In this document: positions 16,928-25,810 of the stretch, in pieces
How positions within the stretch are numbered: position 1 is the first letter of the stretch
Layout of the letters: each line of letters opens with the position of its first letter
Source: a virus
Virus record (IMG/VR): IMGVR_UViG_3300042311_000920
Span: 9,440 to 73,439 of that record
DNA: 64,000 nucleotides
Direction: 5' to 3' (one strand)
Made by a program: the position numbers and the translations under genes
The notes under the pieces: model-generated
What the model saw: only the letters and a program-made list of their open reading frames with translations
Told to the model about the DNA's origin: nothing
Databases searched by the model: none

Positions 16928-17518
16928 ATGGATAAGTCTTTAAAACTTACCGATATAGCTACTATTAAAAGACATAAAAGGTCTTTAAGATTGTGGAAAT
17001 TGTGTGTTTTAGCAAACGCATACTACAAATACCAAATCTTCTATCTCAACGAATGTTTATTGAAACACGACACAGATTATAAGCAGGCCGAAAATACTTC
17101 AATGCTTATCAATTCAATTTTCAACGGAGAAACTGTTCCGGCTGATTTTGTAAAATCACAAGAAGAATCAGAAAACGAGTTAATTGAAAAACACCAAGAC
17201 TACCAAGATTATCTCAATCAAAGTATGTTAGATAAAGAAACTGTTGATGCGTTTTGCAAAGCTTCTGAACACGGTAAATCTTCGTTACTAAAAATCAATT
17301 CGATTATTTTCGTAAAGCAAATAGAAACTCTTTTAACTTACAACTTCGGCTTAATCACCAAAGAACAGGCAGAAAAAGGTATTTTAGATTATTGCATATT
17401 TTCTCGTAAGCCTAAAAAACTAAACACAAAACTTTTTAAAAATACAGTCTACTTTATTGAAAGGCTATACAATGAAATAGAATCTAAAAAAAATTTCAGA
17501 ACCCAAAATAAAACTTGA
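16928..17518 (+). CDS. hypothetical protein
   Basis: 196-aa ORF, first of the early operon. Confidence 0.7.
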   Translation: MDKSLKLTDIATIKRHKRSLRLWKLCVLANAYYKYQIFYLNECLLKHDTDYKQAENTSMLINSIFNGETVPADFVKSQEESENELIEKHQDYQDYLNQSMLDKETVDAFCKASEHGKSSLLKINSIIFVKQIETLLTYNFGLITKEQAEKGILDYCIFSRKPKKLNTKLFKNTVYFIERLYNEIESKKNFRTQNKT

Positions 17519-17519
17519 A

Positions 17520-18275
17520 ATGGGAAATCTAATAAGCAACAGTCAAGAGCAAGTTACAAGTTTAGAACTTGTAAAGCAAATAAATCTTTTCAGAGTAAAA
17601 GAAGGTAATCGTTCAGAGTTAGAACATAAAAACCTTTTAGCTATAATTCGTGATGAATTTGATGAAGAAATCTCACGGCTAAAAATTCAGCCGTCCTCTT
17701 ATAAAAATTCTCGAAACAAAGAACAACCAATGTTCGTTTTAACAATTTCCCAAGCCAAACAAGTTTTGGTCCGGGAGAGTAAGTTTGTCAGAAAAGCAAT
17801 TGTAAAGCATTTAGAATCGCTAGAGGAAAAATTAAATTCCACTCCAACACAACCACAACTACCACAAAACTACATTGAAGCATTAAAAGCCTTAGTTGTT
17901 AGTGAAGAAGAAAAAGTTGTACTTCAAAAACAAATCAAAAACAACGAAGTCAAAATTCAATTTATTGATCGTGTTACGCAATCCACCGATACAGTCGACA
18001 TCGGGCAATATGCCAAAATTTTAGAACTCAACTTCGGGCGTAATACCTTATTCAAAGAATTACGAGAGCGTGGCGTGTTTTTTAAGCAACGCAACGAACC
18101 AAAACAGAACTTCATCGACCGTGGTTATTTTAAACTCAAGGAAGAGTTTATTCAAACCAAAAATCACGGAACCAAGACAATCATCAAAGTATTAGTAACC
18201 CAAAGAGGACTAGGATATTTAAGCACTATTTTCGGTGTCGTTCCTGACCCTTCTAAACCCGCATTATTAGTATAA
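17520..18275 (+). CDS. phage antirepressor (Rha-like N-terminus, KilAC/ANT C-terminus)
   Basis: TSLELV...SYKNSRNKEQPMF; LPQNYIEALKAL; GRNTLFKELRE...VTQRGL. Confidence 0.85.
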   Translation: MGNLISNSQEQVTSLELVKQINLFRVKEGNRSELEHKNLLAIIRDEFDEEISRLKIQPSSYKNSRNKEQPMFVLTISQAKQVLVRESKFVRKAIVKHLESLEEKLNSTPTQPQLPQNYIEALKALVVSEEEKVVLQKQIKNNEVKIQFIDRVTQSTDTVDIGQYAKILELNFGRNTLFKELRERGVFFKQRNEPKQNFIDRGYFKLKEEFIQTKNHGTKTIIKVLVTQRGLGYLSTIFGVVPDPSKPALLV

Positions 18276-18502
18276 TGGAAGAAAATAAAATAAAAGTCGT
18301 AGCGACAAAAAAAGCATGCGAATTACTCGAATGCAGCCGTCAAGATTTTCACAGAAAATACCGCCCGAAATTAAAAGTACTGAAAGCCGAGAACGGATTC
18401 AATACTTTATATGAACTCCGACAAATTGAGGCCCTGGTCGAACAGAAACGTCTCAAGAAAGAAAATAGGCTGGAAAAAGGAACTTATGTAGAAGTTAAAT
18501 AA
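18275..18502 (+). CDS. small HTH-like DNA-binding protein
   Basis: TKKACELLECSRQ pattern. Confidence 0.55.
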   Translation: MEENKIKVVATKKACELLECSRQDFHRKYRPKLKVLKAENGFNTLYELRQIEALVEQKRLKKENRLEKGTYVEVK

Positions 18503-18662
18503 TGGAAGCCTATACTGTCCAAATCTGGTACCGATACGCTGGCGGAGACGAAAAAGATTTCTTTGAAACAGAAATTGAAGCCGAAACCATCGAAGAAGTA
18601 ATTACTAAAGCAAAATCATTAAGAAACAATGTAACGAGAATTTACATCAAAAAGAAAAACCA

Positions 18663-19982
18663 ATGGCAAAAGATAAATTAATTACGTTAGACGATTTCAA
18701 CGTAAACGCACTAGCCGAAATTCAAGGCAAAAAAGACCAACAACTTAAATTGGTAAAAGAAAATCCATTTGTCGAAATTACCGACAACGCAACATGGGAA
18801 GTTGCAAAAAAATCCAGAACCTTACTTCGTACCGGACGTACCGATCTTGAAAAAGAAAAAAAATCCGTTTTAAGTAAAATCAAAGAAGTCATTACGGAGC
18901 CGGTCAGTAAAACTTACGATTCCTTCATTGAAATCTCAAAGCCACACGAAGACAAGCAACAGGAAGAAGTTAAACGTTACGAGGACATCAAGGAAAACGA
19001 GCGTAAAGAACGAGAACGCATCGACAACGAACGTAAAGAAAAGCACCGAACAACAATCGATGCTTTTTTTGTTTCTACAAAACAGCAAATTGAATCGTTG
19101 ACTTTTGAAACAGCGAAAACCTTTGAGTTTAAAATTAAAGTTGACAGCGAAAACGTAACCGCAGAACATTTCGAAGAGTTCCAAGATTTATTTGAAGGTA
19201 AATTAGAAGTCTTGAAAATGCAATTGCACGAAAAGCGAACAATGCTTCAAGAGCGAGAAGATATTCGTGTAGAGCAAGAAAAAATTGTTGCAGCGCAAGC
19301 GGAACAAGAACGTGTTGAAAATATTAAAAAATCAATTGATGTATTTTTTACTCGTTGGAGTAATGGAATATCGCAGTTGACTTTTGGAAATATATCTTCA
19401 TTTGAAAAGAGTTTTAGATGTGAATACGCAGAAGATTTGCAAGAATTTCAACCGCTTTTTACCGAAAAACGTGCCGAACTACAAAAACAAATTGAAGCAA
19501 AAGTTCAGTTTCTACAAGACCAAGAACAACTTCGAATCGACCGTGAAGCCGTAGCAAAGCAAAAACAAGAAAATCTTATCGCTTCCAGAACAAACGAACT
19601 GATTTCGTTAGGATTTGATAAAGACGGAACCTACGAGACACCTGTATTCAAAATGATTGTATCAGAAGATGATTTGCTTTGCGAAGAATCAGAATGGATC
19701 AACTTTATTTCTGAAACTAAAGAACGTATCAGAATCGCAAATATCCCCGTTATCGAAGAAGAAGTTGTAGAAGTAGAAGTTCCTAGTACAGAACCTGAAA
19801 CCGTTAGTACAGAAGTTGAAGTTGTTACTACAGAACCTACCGTTTCCGAAGTCGATTACGAAGGAAATATTCCAGAACCTACCAAAGAAGAACTTCAAGA
19901 ATTACTCACAAAATGGATTGCGGAATCTTCTAAAAAGCAATTGCTACAGTTGTGCCGTGATTTATTTTTAATCAAAGAGTAA
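18663..19982 (+). CDS. coiled-coil phage protein
   Basis: 439 aa, E/K/Q-rich, acidic PT/VE-rich tail. Confidence 0.75.
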   Translation: MAKDKLITLDDFNVNALAEIQGKKDQQLKLVKENPFVEITDNATWEVAKKSRTLLRTGRTDLEKEKKSVLSKIKEVITEPVSKTYDSFIEISKPHEDKQQEEVKRYEDIKENERKERERIDNERKEKHRTTIDAFFVSTKQQIESLTFETAKTFEFKIKVDSENVTAEHFEEFQDLFEGKLEVLKMQLHEKRTMLQEREDIRVEQEKIVAAQAEQERVENIKKSIDVFFTRWSNGISQLTFGNISSFEKSFRCEYAEDLQEFQPLFTEKRAELQKQIEAKVQFLQDQEQLRIDREAVAKQKQENLIASRTNELISLGFDKDGTYETPVFKMIVSEDDLLCEESEWINFISETKERIRIANIPVIEEEVVEVEVPSTEPETVSTEVEVVTTEPTVSEVDYEGNIPEPTKEELQELLTKWIAESSKKQLLQLCRDLFLIKE

Positions 19983-19984
19983 CC

Positions 19985-20260
19985 ATGGAACACATGCCAA
20001 GACTACACCCCGACGACCTCAAGGAACTCGGGGAAATGGTTTCAAATAACCTTTCAATCGTATTTAACGAGCTACATTCCAAAAAAGAGACACTATCAAA
20101 AGCCTCTACTTTCAACGTACAAGAAGTGGCCAACATCGTAGGAAAGCACCCGACAACCATTCTACATCACATCAAGAACAATATTTTAAAAGCAACAAAA
20201 CCAGGCAAAAGTTGGATTGTTTCCCAAAAAGCCTTAAACGACTACACCAATGGAAAATAA
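19985..20260 (+). CDS. excisionase-like HTH protein
   Basis: FNVQEVANIVGKHPTTILHHIKNNILKATKPGKSWIV. Confidence 0.75.
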   Translation: MEHMPRLHPDDLKELGEMVSNNLSIVFNELHSKKETLSKASTFNVQEVANIVGKHPTTILHHIKNNILKATKPGKSWIVSQKALNDYTNGK

Positions 20261-20504
20261 AATGTATTCCGCACCCGTAGAGCAAGAAATAATCGACCGC
20301 TTAGCAAGTATAGGATTCGATCAATTAGAAGACAGCATCGAGGACGAACTAGAAGATTTCTGCATCATCATCAATGCCGAAGAAAAGCTCTTTTGGATTT
20401 CAGACCAAACCAATCTTGAAATGACCGATGAAATTTGCCAAGAAAGATACGACCAATCAATTTTACAAACCAATTTTAAAACCATATCATCATGGCTGAA
20501 TTAA
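20250..20504 (+). CDS. acidic hypothetical protein
   Basis: 84 aa, overlapping both neighbours. Confidence 0.6.
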   Translation: MENKMYSAPVEQEIIDRLASIGFDQLEDSIEDELEDFCIIINAEEKLFWISDQTNLEMTDEICQERYDQSILQTNFKTISSWLN

Positions 20505-21403
20505 GCACAATATCACAAGACCAAGAATTAGTTTCTCAGGAATTAAACAACCAAGTTTTAGCAGTGCTAAGCAACAAGGTAGAAGGGTTCCAAAAAGCAT
20601 TTATAATGGCAAGCGCTATTCAAGTCCTAAAAGACAGACTGTCTCCTGAATTCATGAAGCCAATTATGGCTTTACAAGGTTCAAATCTTGGATTTAAAAC
20701 TGACAAAGACAAATCTAGCGGTTATCCGGAAGTAGAAGTAAAAGCGTGTTTAATTGACGCAGTGCTTTTAGGGCTACAACCCACGGGAAACGAATTTAAC
20801 ATTATAGCGGGTAATATGTACCCTACTAGACAAGGTTTTGGGTCATTATTGAAAAAGATAAATGGATTGAAATACTCAATTTCGTATTCAAATCCAATCT
20901 TCACTCAAGACAAGTCTTCTGCAACGTGCGTAACCACAATCAAATGGGAATTAAACGGAGAGAAAAACCAACAAGAAGTTGAGTTCGCGATTAAATCAAA
21001 TGCCTACGCTACCGCTGATGCTATTTTAGGAAAAGCAGAAAGGAAAGCCAGAAGATGGCTTTTTAATACGGTTGAAGGAACTGATATTCCTGACGGTGAC
21101 GTTACTGATATCCCACACACGGAAGTAAAATCAACCATTAACCCCGAAAGAATCGCCAAGGAAAAAGAACGTGAGCGTGTTATAAAACACATCACTAATT
21201 CCAAAAACGTTTCCGAACTAGAACGTTGTGTTTCGAAAATAGACAAAGACGACACTGAATTAGTAGAACAATACGTTACCAAGCACGTAGAACTTTCAAC
21301 GTCCCTAGATGAACTTCAGAAATGCTTGTCATTAATTCCAGAAGACGATCACAACCTTACTATTCTGTACGCTGATAAGAAACGAGAACTTGCAAAATCG
21401 TAA
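20492..21403 (+). CDS. putative ssDNA-annealing/recombination protein (RecT-like)
   Basis: AVLLGLQP motif, size and context; family assignment is inference. Confidence 0.45.
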   Translation: MAELSTISQDQELVSQELNNQVLAVLSNKVEGFQKAFIMASAIQVLKDRLSPEFMKPIMALQGSNLGFKTDKDKSSGYPEVEVKACLIDAVLLGLQPTGNEFNIIAGNMYPTRQGFGSLLKKINGLKYSISYSNPIFTQDKSSATCVTTIKWELNGEKNQQEVEFAIKSNAYATADAILGKAERKARRWLFNTVEGTDIPDGDVTDIPHTEVKSTINPERIAKEKERERVIKHITNSKNVSELERCVSKIDKDDTELVEQYVTKHVELSTSLDELQKCLSLIPEDDHNLTILYADKKRELAKS

Positions 21404-21406
21404 TCA

Positions 21407-21850
21407 ATGAATTTCGCTTTAAAAACCTGCAAAGTTTCAGGAGCTCTATGGAAGCAATACAATAGTCTTCAAAAATGTCCTTGCGTAATTTGCGTAAAAA
21501 GACGTGAAAAGCGACCAAATCTAAAACTGAAATCGCTATACAAACCTATCAATCGGGTAAGTAAAAAAAGGCAAGTTCAGGAACTGCAATACGCAGCCGA
21601 CCGCATCATATTCCTAGCAAAACCCGAAAATAAAATTTGTCCAATAACAGGACAACCAACAACAGAAATACACCACGTCCGTAAAAGACGTGGTTTTGCT
21701 GATGAATGGGCAAGGCTAAATAACATTCCATTACTTTTAGACCAACGTTATTGGCTTGCTGTTTCCAGAATTGGTCATCAAAAAATCGAAGAAAATCCAA
21801 CGTGGGCGTACGAAAAAGGTTACTCCCAAAAAAACAACACAACATTATGA
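21407..21850 (+). CDS. NinG/HNH-like nuclease
   Basis: CPITG...TEIHH...AVSRIGHQKIE. Confidence 0.5.
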   Translation: MNFALKTCKVSGALWKQYNSLQKCPCVICVKRREKRPNLKLKSLYKPINRVSKKRQVQELQYAADRIIFLAKPENKICPITGQPTTEIHHVRKRRGFADEWARLNNIPLLLDQRYWLAVSRIGHQKIEENPTWAYEKGYSQKNNTTL

Positions 21851-22007
21851 AAAACAATCTATCATTTTTAGAGTTCAGTCGCTACTTATACGGCTACAAC
21901 GTTTACAGTAAAAAAACAGAACAAGTAATCCCAAGGTATCAATTGTATTGGGCAGGCTACACGATCGAGAGAATCAAACAGAATTTTAACCTTAAGCCAA
22001 GAGTAAA

Positions 22008-22187
22008 ATGACAACTTACGGACAAATAGTTGACGGTAAAAGAATAACACTAAATGACTTTGAAAAACAAGTTCGAGAAGGCGTTTCTGGCATCGTAACT
22101 AACCTAACATCAGCGGAAATAGCCAAACGTTACCGTAAAGGCGAATCCGTGGATAATGCAGTGAGTTATTTTATAATGCACAAGTAA
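22008..22187 (+). CDS. small hypothetical protein (59 aa)
   Basis: MTTYGQIVDG...MHK*; its TAA forms the left boundary of array 2. Confidence 0.55.
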   Translation: MTTYGQIVDGKRITLNDFEKQVREGVSGIVTNLTSAEIAKRYRKGESVDNAVSYFIMHK

Positions 22188-22265
22188 CGTCCTGTGGCTT
22201 TGTCTAGTGGCGTTGAATTAAGACTAGACACAACAAAAATACACTAATTATTAAATTTAAAAATT

Positions 22266-22586
22266 ATGATTTCAGATAACACCCAATCCAAGCCATTAAA
22301 CAAAACGACTGTTAGCGGTTCGGTTACTGACAATATGACCTTTAAAGACGCTTTAAAGTCATTAGGAATAGAAGATTATGCTGAACGGATTTTTAATAGT
22401 AATTCACACGGAGAATTATTTCATATTCAACAGTATTTTACTTTAGCAAAGGTTCTAAAAGGAAATTCAGAGTGGTTTAGAGAATGGTTTGAAAAAGTTG
22501 TGAAATGGGCAGAAGAAAATTGGGAACGACCAGAATCAATTTTCCAACACATTAGTCAAATTTTAGTAGATAGTCGTTCTAACTGA
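22266..22586 (+). CDS. cassette hypothetical protein
   Basis: ATG in hairpin loop; an internal ATG is also possible. Confidence 0.65.
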   Translation: MISDNTQSKPLNKTTVSGSVTDNMTFKDALKSLGIEDYAERIFNSNSHGELFHIQQYFTLAKVLKGNSEWFREWFEKVVKWAEENWERPESIFQHISQILVDSRSN

Positions 22587-22874
22587 CGGCTAACTGATTT
22601 ACCTGATTACAACGGGAAAAGAGCTTTTGGATTAGGTTCGGTAGACGAAATTTGGATTATAGATGATTTTGAATATTGTACGGAATATCCTGATTTACCG
22701 ATGCGATAACATTACCACTAACGTTTTGCAACTTGCATTAGTGCCTTGCAAACAAGCGAGTAGTTTCGGATTAAGACTAAACACAACAAAGAAAAACAAA
22801 ATATAAATTAATAACCAAGCCAAAGGCATTGATGCAAATTGCTGTTATCACTTCGGCTTTTTATTCCAAAAAAT

Positions 22875-23117
22875 ATGACAACAGATGAAATGCTTATCGA
22901 AATTGTAAATTACAATTACAAATCCGCTGGTTTTCCTTATGTATTTTTAGACTACTCACAATCTTTTAAATATTGGGCAATTACTTGGCGAAATCCAGTT
23001 GATTTTTCAAATGAAAAACAAACTAATGCACCAACTCCAAATGAGGCGTGTAAAAAAGCACTCGAATTTATAAAAAGCAATCCGAGTATTTTTAGCCGTT
23101 CCAACCAAGCTGAGTGA
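22875..23117 (+). CDS. cassette hypothetical protein
   Basis: ATG 22875 within cassette 22844-23121. Confidence 0.65.
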   Translation: MTTDEMLIEIVNYNYKSAGFPYVFLDYSQSFKYWAITWRNPVDFSNEKQTNAPTPNEACKKALEFIKSNPSIFSRSNQAE

Positions 23118-23278
23118 TAACGTTTCCACGCTTGGCGAAGGTGGCGATTTTAACCACAAATACTGATGCGTAGAACGAAATTTGAATATAGCAATAATTG
23201 TCAAGCGGAGTACTGCACCGCCACTTTTGCCAAACGTGTGTTATGCGTTCGGCTTTTTTGGAACTTAAAAATTTGATT

Positions 23279-23668
23279 ATGAAAGAAAGTATTATTAGAT
23301 GTCCAATTTGCAGTAAGATTACAGCGTTGGAAAAAAATGGACGAACTCAAAAAATAGAGCAAGTTCACGGAATTTGTTGGGATAAAATTGGCTATTCGAT
23401 TGGTGGGTGGGGAAGCCGAAGAGATTTTATTCACGGATTTTCTGGCGAAGTTTGTAATGATTGTTTCACAGCTTTAAAAACAAAAATCAATGAATTTAAA
23501 GAAGTTGTTAACCAAAGAACAAACTCCTGCGAAGAAGGGGTATGTATTTACAAAACATCAAAAGACAAATCAACAGGGGATAACCTGTCTGACCTGCAAC
23601 AAGACGAGTTACAATCCAAACGACATAAAACACCTTTATTGCGGTTGCTGTCATCGTTTTCACGATAG
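23279..23668 (+). CDS. cassette Zn-finger-like protein
   Basis: CPIC...CNDC; ATG 23279. Confidence 0.55.
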   Translation: MKESIIRCPICSKITALEKNGRTQKIEQVHGICWDKIGYSIGGWGSRRDFIHGFSGEVCNDCFTALKTKINEFKEVVNQRTNSCEEGVCIYKTSKDKSTGDNLSDLQQDELQSKRHKTPLLRLLSSFSR

Positions 23669-23681
23669 CGTTGTAAGCTGA
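23490..23681 (+). CDS. overlapping small Zn-finger protein
   Basis: CLTC-NKTSYNPND-IKHLYCGCCH; stop falls in the cassette end. Confidence 0.5.
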   Translation: MNLKKLLTKEQTPAKKGYVFTKHQKTNQQGITCLTCNKTSYNPNDIKHLYCGCCHRFHDSVVS

Positions 23682-23748
23682 CGCATAACGTTTCGCGGCT
23701 ACACGAGGTTTGGGACTAAATTAGCAATAATTTTTAAATTTAATACAA

Positions 23749-24582
23749 ATGATAGAGATACAAAACCAACTTGAAATTAAGCCTGAAACGGCAATAGCAC
23801 AAAACCGATGTTACCAGCAGTGTTTTTTGTCGGACAATTTGGATTTAATGAAAACAATAGAAAGCAATACCATTGATTTGATTTACTGCGATATTCTTTA
23901 CGGAACTGGCAGAAACTTTAGCGACTACCAAGACTTAAAACCGATTAGAAGTGAAATTGAAGCACATTATTTACCACGATTAAAAGAAATGTATCGAATA
24001 CTAAAACCAACAGGGAGTATTTATTTACAAATGGATACAAGAATAAACCATTGGATGCGAATTTTAATGGATGATATTTTTGGCTATGATAGAATGTTGA
24101 ATGAAATTGTAGTTTGTATTAGTAAAGGAAATCAAACAAACAAACACTTTGCAAAAAGGCACGATATTTTACTTTATTACACAAAAACAAAAGAATGGAT
24201 TTATAATTTAGATGCTGTTTCAAAAGAAAATCCTGAACATAAAAGGTATAAATACCAAGATGAAAAAGGAATGTATAGATGGCATATTGAAAGCATCAAA
24301 GATTATAAAATGTATCTTAAAAAACAAAATATAAACGATGTTTGGAGTGATGTAGGAATTGTTCAAGGCAACTCAATAGAAAATACAGGTTATTCTACAC
24401 AAAAACCAAAATCATTGATTGAACGAATTATAAAAGCAAGTAGTAACGAAGGAGATTTAGTTGCTGATTTCTATGCTGGAAGTTTTACAACAGCAGTGGT
24501 TTGTAAAGAACTAAATAGGAATTTTATCGGATGCGATATTAATCCTTTGGCTTTGGAGATTTCAAAACAACGATTGGCTTAA
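23749..24582 (+). CDS. N6/N4 DNA methyltransferase, beta class (cassette)
   Basis: DLIYCDILY (variant DPPY), YSTQKP, VADFYAGSFTT. Confidence 0.88.
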   Translation: MIEIQNQLEIKPETAIAQNRCYQQCFLSDNLDLMKTIESNTIDLIYCDILYGTGRNFSDYQDLKPIRSEIEAHYLPRLKEMYRILKPTGSIYLQMDTRINHWMRILMDDIFGYDRMLNEIVVCISKGNQTNKHFAKRHDILLYYTKTKEWIYNLDAVSKENPEHKRYKYQDEKGMYRWHIESIKDYKMYLKKQNINDVWSDVGIVQGNSIENTGYSTQKPKSLIERIIKASSNEGDLVADFYAGSFTTAVVCKELNRNFIGCDINPLALEISKQRLA

Positions 24583-24731
24583 CATTGCTGGTAACGTTTG
24601 TGGCTTTGCTTAGTGGCTGAAAAGCAAGCCTAAATTATTGAATTAAAAACAAATTTTACAAACACAAAACAGTGTTGAAATTTTGCCCGAAACAGCCATT
24701 GAGCAAAACCACTGTTATAAACAGGCTTTTT

Positions 24732-25346
24732 ATGAAAATACTTAATTTATATTGTGGTATTGGTGGAAATAGAAAACTTTGGGGAAACGAACACGAAATA
24801 ACTGCTGTTGAATTTGAACCAAAAATAGCTGAAAAATACAAAACTTTATTTCCAAATGATACGGTAATAGTTGCAGATGCACATCAGTATTTACTTGACC
24901 ATTATTCAGAGTTTGACTTTATATGGACTTCTCCACCTTGCCAAACACATAGCCGAGCAAATTATTTTATAAATTATATTACTAATTCTCGTTACCCAAA
25001 AATGGAATTATGGCAAGAAATAATATTCTTAAAATCATTTTTTAAAGGCAAATTTTGTGTTGAAAATGTAGTTAGTTATTATGAATTTTTTATACCACCG
25101 ACTGCTGAAATAGGAAGGCATTATTTATGGTCTAATTTTAAAATACCAAAAATACCATTGCCAAAAGATGAAGTAGGAACTATGATGAAAGAATATGTAG
25201 GCAAAAAAAATCACGCACATAGTAAGAAATTAGAAGATAGAAACGCTGTTAATTCAGATTTAGGACTTCATATTTTAAATTGCGCAACAGAAAGTTATAA
25301 TCAAAATAATGTTGAACAGATAGGTTTGTTCAAAGCTTGTTTATAA
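24732..25346 (+). CDS. short C5-methyltransferase-like protein (cassette)
   Basis: LYCGIGG, SPPCQ, ENV; paralogue of 12378-13022. Confidence 0.85.
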   Translation: MKILNLYCGIGGNRKLWGNEHEITAVEFEPKIAEKYKTLFPNDTVIVADAHQYLLDHYSEFDFIWTSPPCQTHSRANYFINYITNSRYPKMELWQEIIFLKSFFKGKFCVENVVSYYEFFIPPTAEIGRHYLWSNFKIPKIPLPKDEVGTMMKEYVGKKNHAHSKKLEDRNAVNSDLGLHILNCATESYNQNNVEQIGLFKACL

Positions 25347-25378
25347 CTAATTTATAACCGCTATAAATGTATTACAAA

Positions 25379-25564
25379 ATGACAAAAATACTAACAAAAA
25401 CAAAGGTTATAAGAGTTTCATAAACGCAACACAAAACTTTGCAAAAAATGAAATCTTATAACGTAGATGTAGGTAAATTCATCAGAGATGCAATAGCTGA
25501 AAAAATTAAAAAAGAGTATTCGGAATTAGTGCCAAAACCTAAAAAATCAGATTGTCCATTTTAA
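25379..25564 (+). pseudogene. array-terminal small ORF with internal stop (RHH-like)
   Basis: MTKILTKTKVIRVS*TQHKTLQKMKSYNVDVGKFIRDAIAEKI...DCPF*; TAA at 25421. Confidence 0.5.
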
Positions 25565-25576
25565 TAAAAACCACCC

Positions 25577-25810
25577 ATGGGAAGACTAGACCACGCTCGT
25601 CAAATAAAATTAGAGCCAGAAAGAATAAACTTCGCACTTCAACAAGTAAGAAGTCTCGGCTATGTAATAACGCACCAAGACCGTACTAAAATAGAATTTG
25701 AATTCAACGGAGATACGGTACAATACTATCCATATTCAGGATGGCATTCAGGAAAAACAATCACCGACGGTCGTGGTTGGAACAAACTCAAAAAACAAAT
25801 TGAACCATGA
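25577..25810 (+). CDS. hypothetical protein
   Basis: 77-aa ORF, YPYSGW...GRG. Confidence 0.65.
   Translation: MGRLDHARQIKLEPERINFALQQVRSLGYVITHQDRTKIEFEFNGDTVQYYPYSGWHSGKTITDGRGWNKLKKQIEP

Larger units (their letters stand above)
22185..25367. mobile_element. integron-like gene-cassette array 2 (5 cassettes + 1 remnant)
   Basis: Bodies 22311-22594, 22844-23121, 23240-23689, 23810-24595, 24714-25347; hairpins 22186-22313, 22720-22846, 23119-23242, 23687-23812, 24593-24716. Confidence 0.85.

Noticed and set aside
4199-24731. ORF-track TTG/GTG starts within hairpin arms (4199, 6712, 8408, 22839, 23198, 24672)
   Set aside because: Better ATG starts with A-rich leaders exist inside the cassette bodies
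2989-25367. IS/MITE insertions
   Set aside because: No transposase, no target-site duplications, and the terminal repeats differ for every unit
15614-25564. Stop-codon reassignment
   Set aside because: Only two isolated internal stops (one TGA, one TAA); long genes are intact in the standard code
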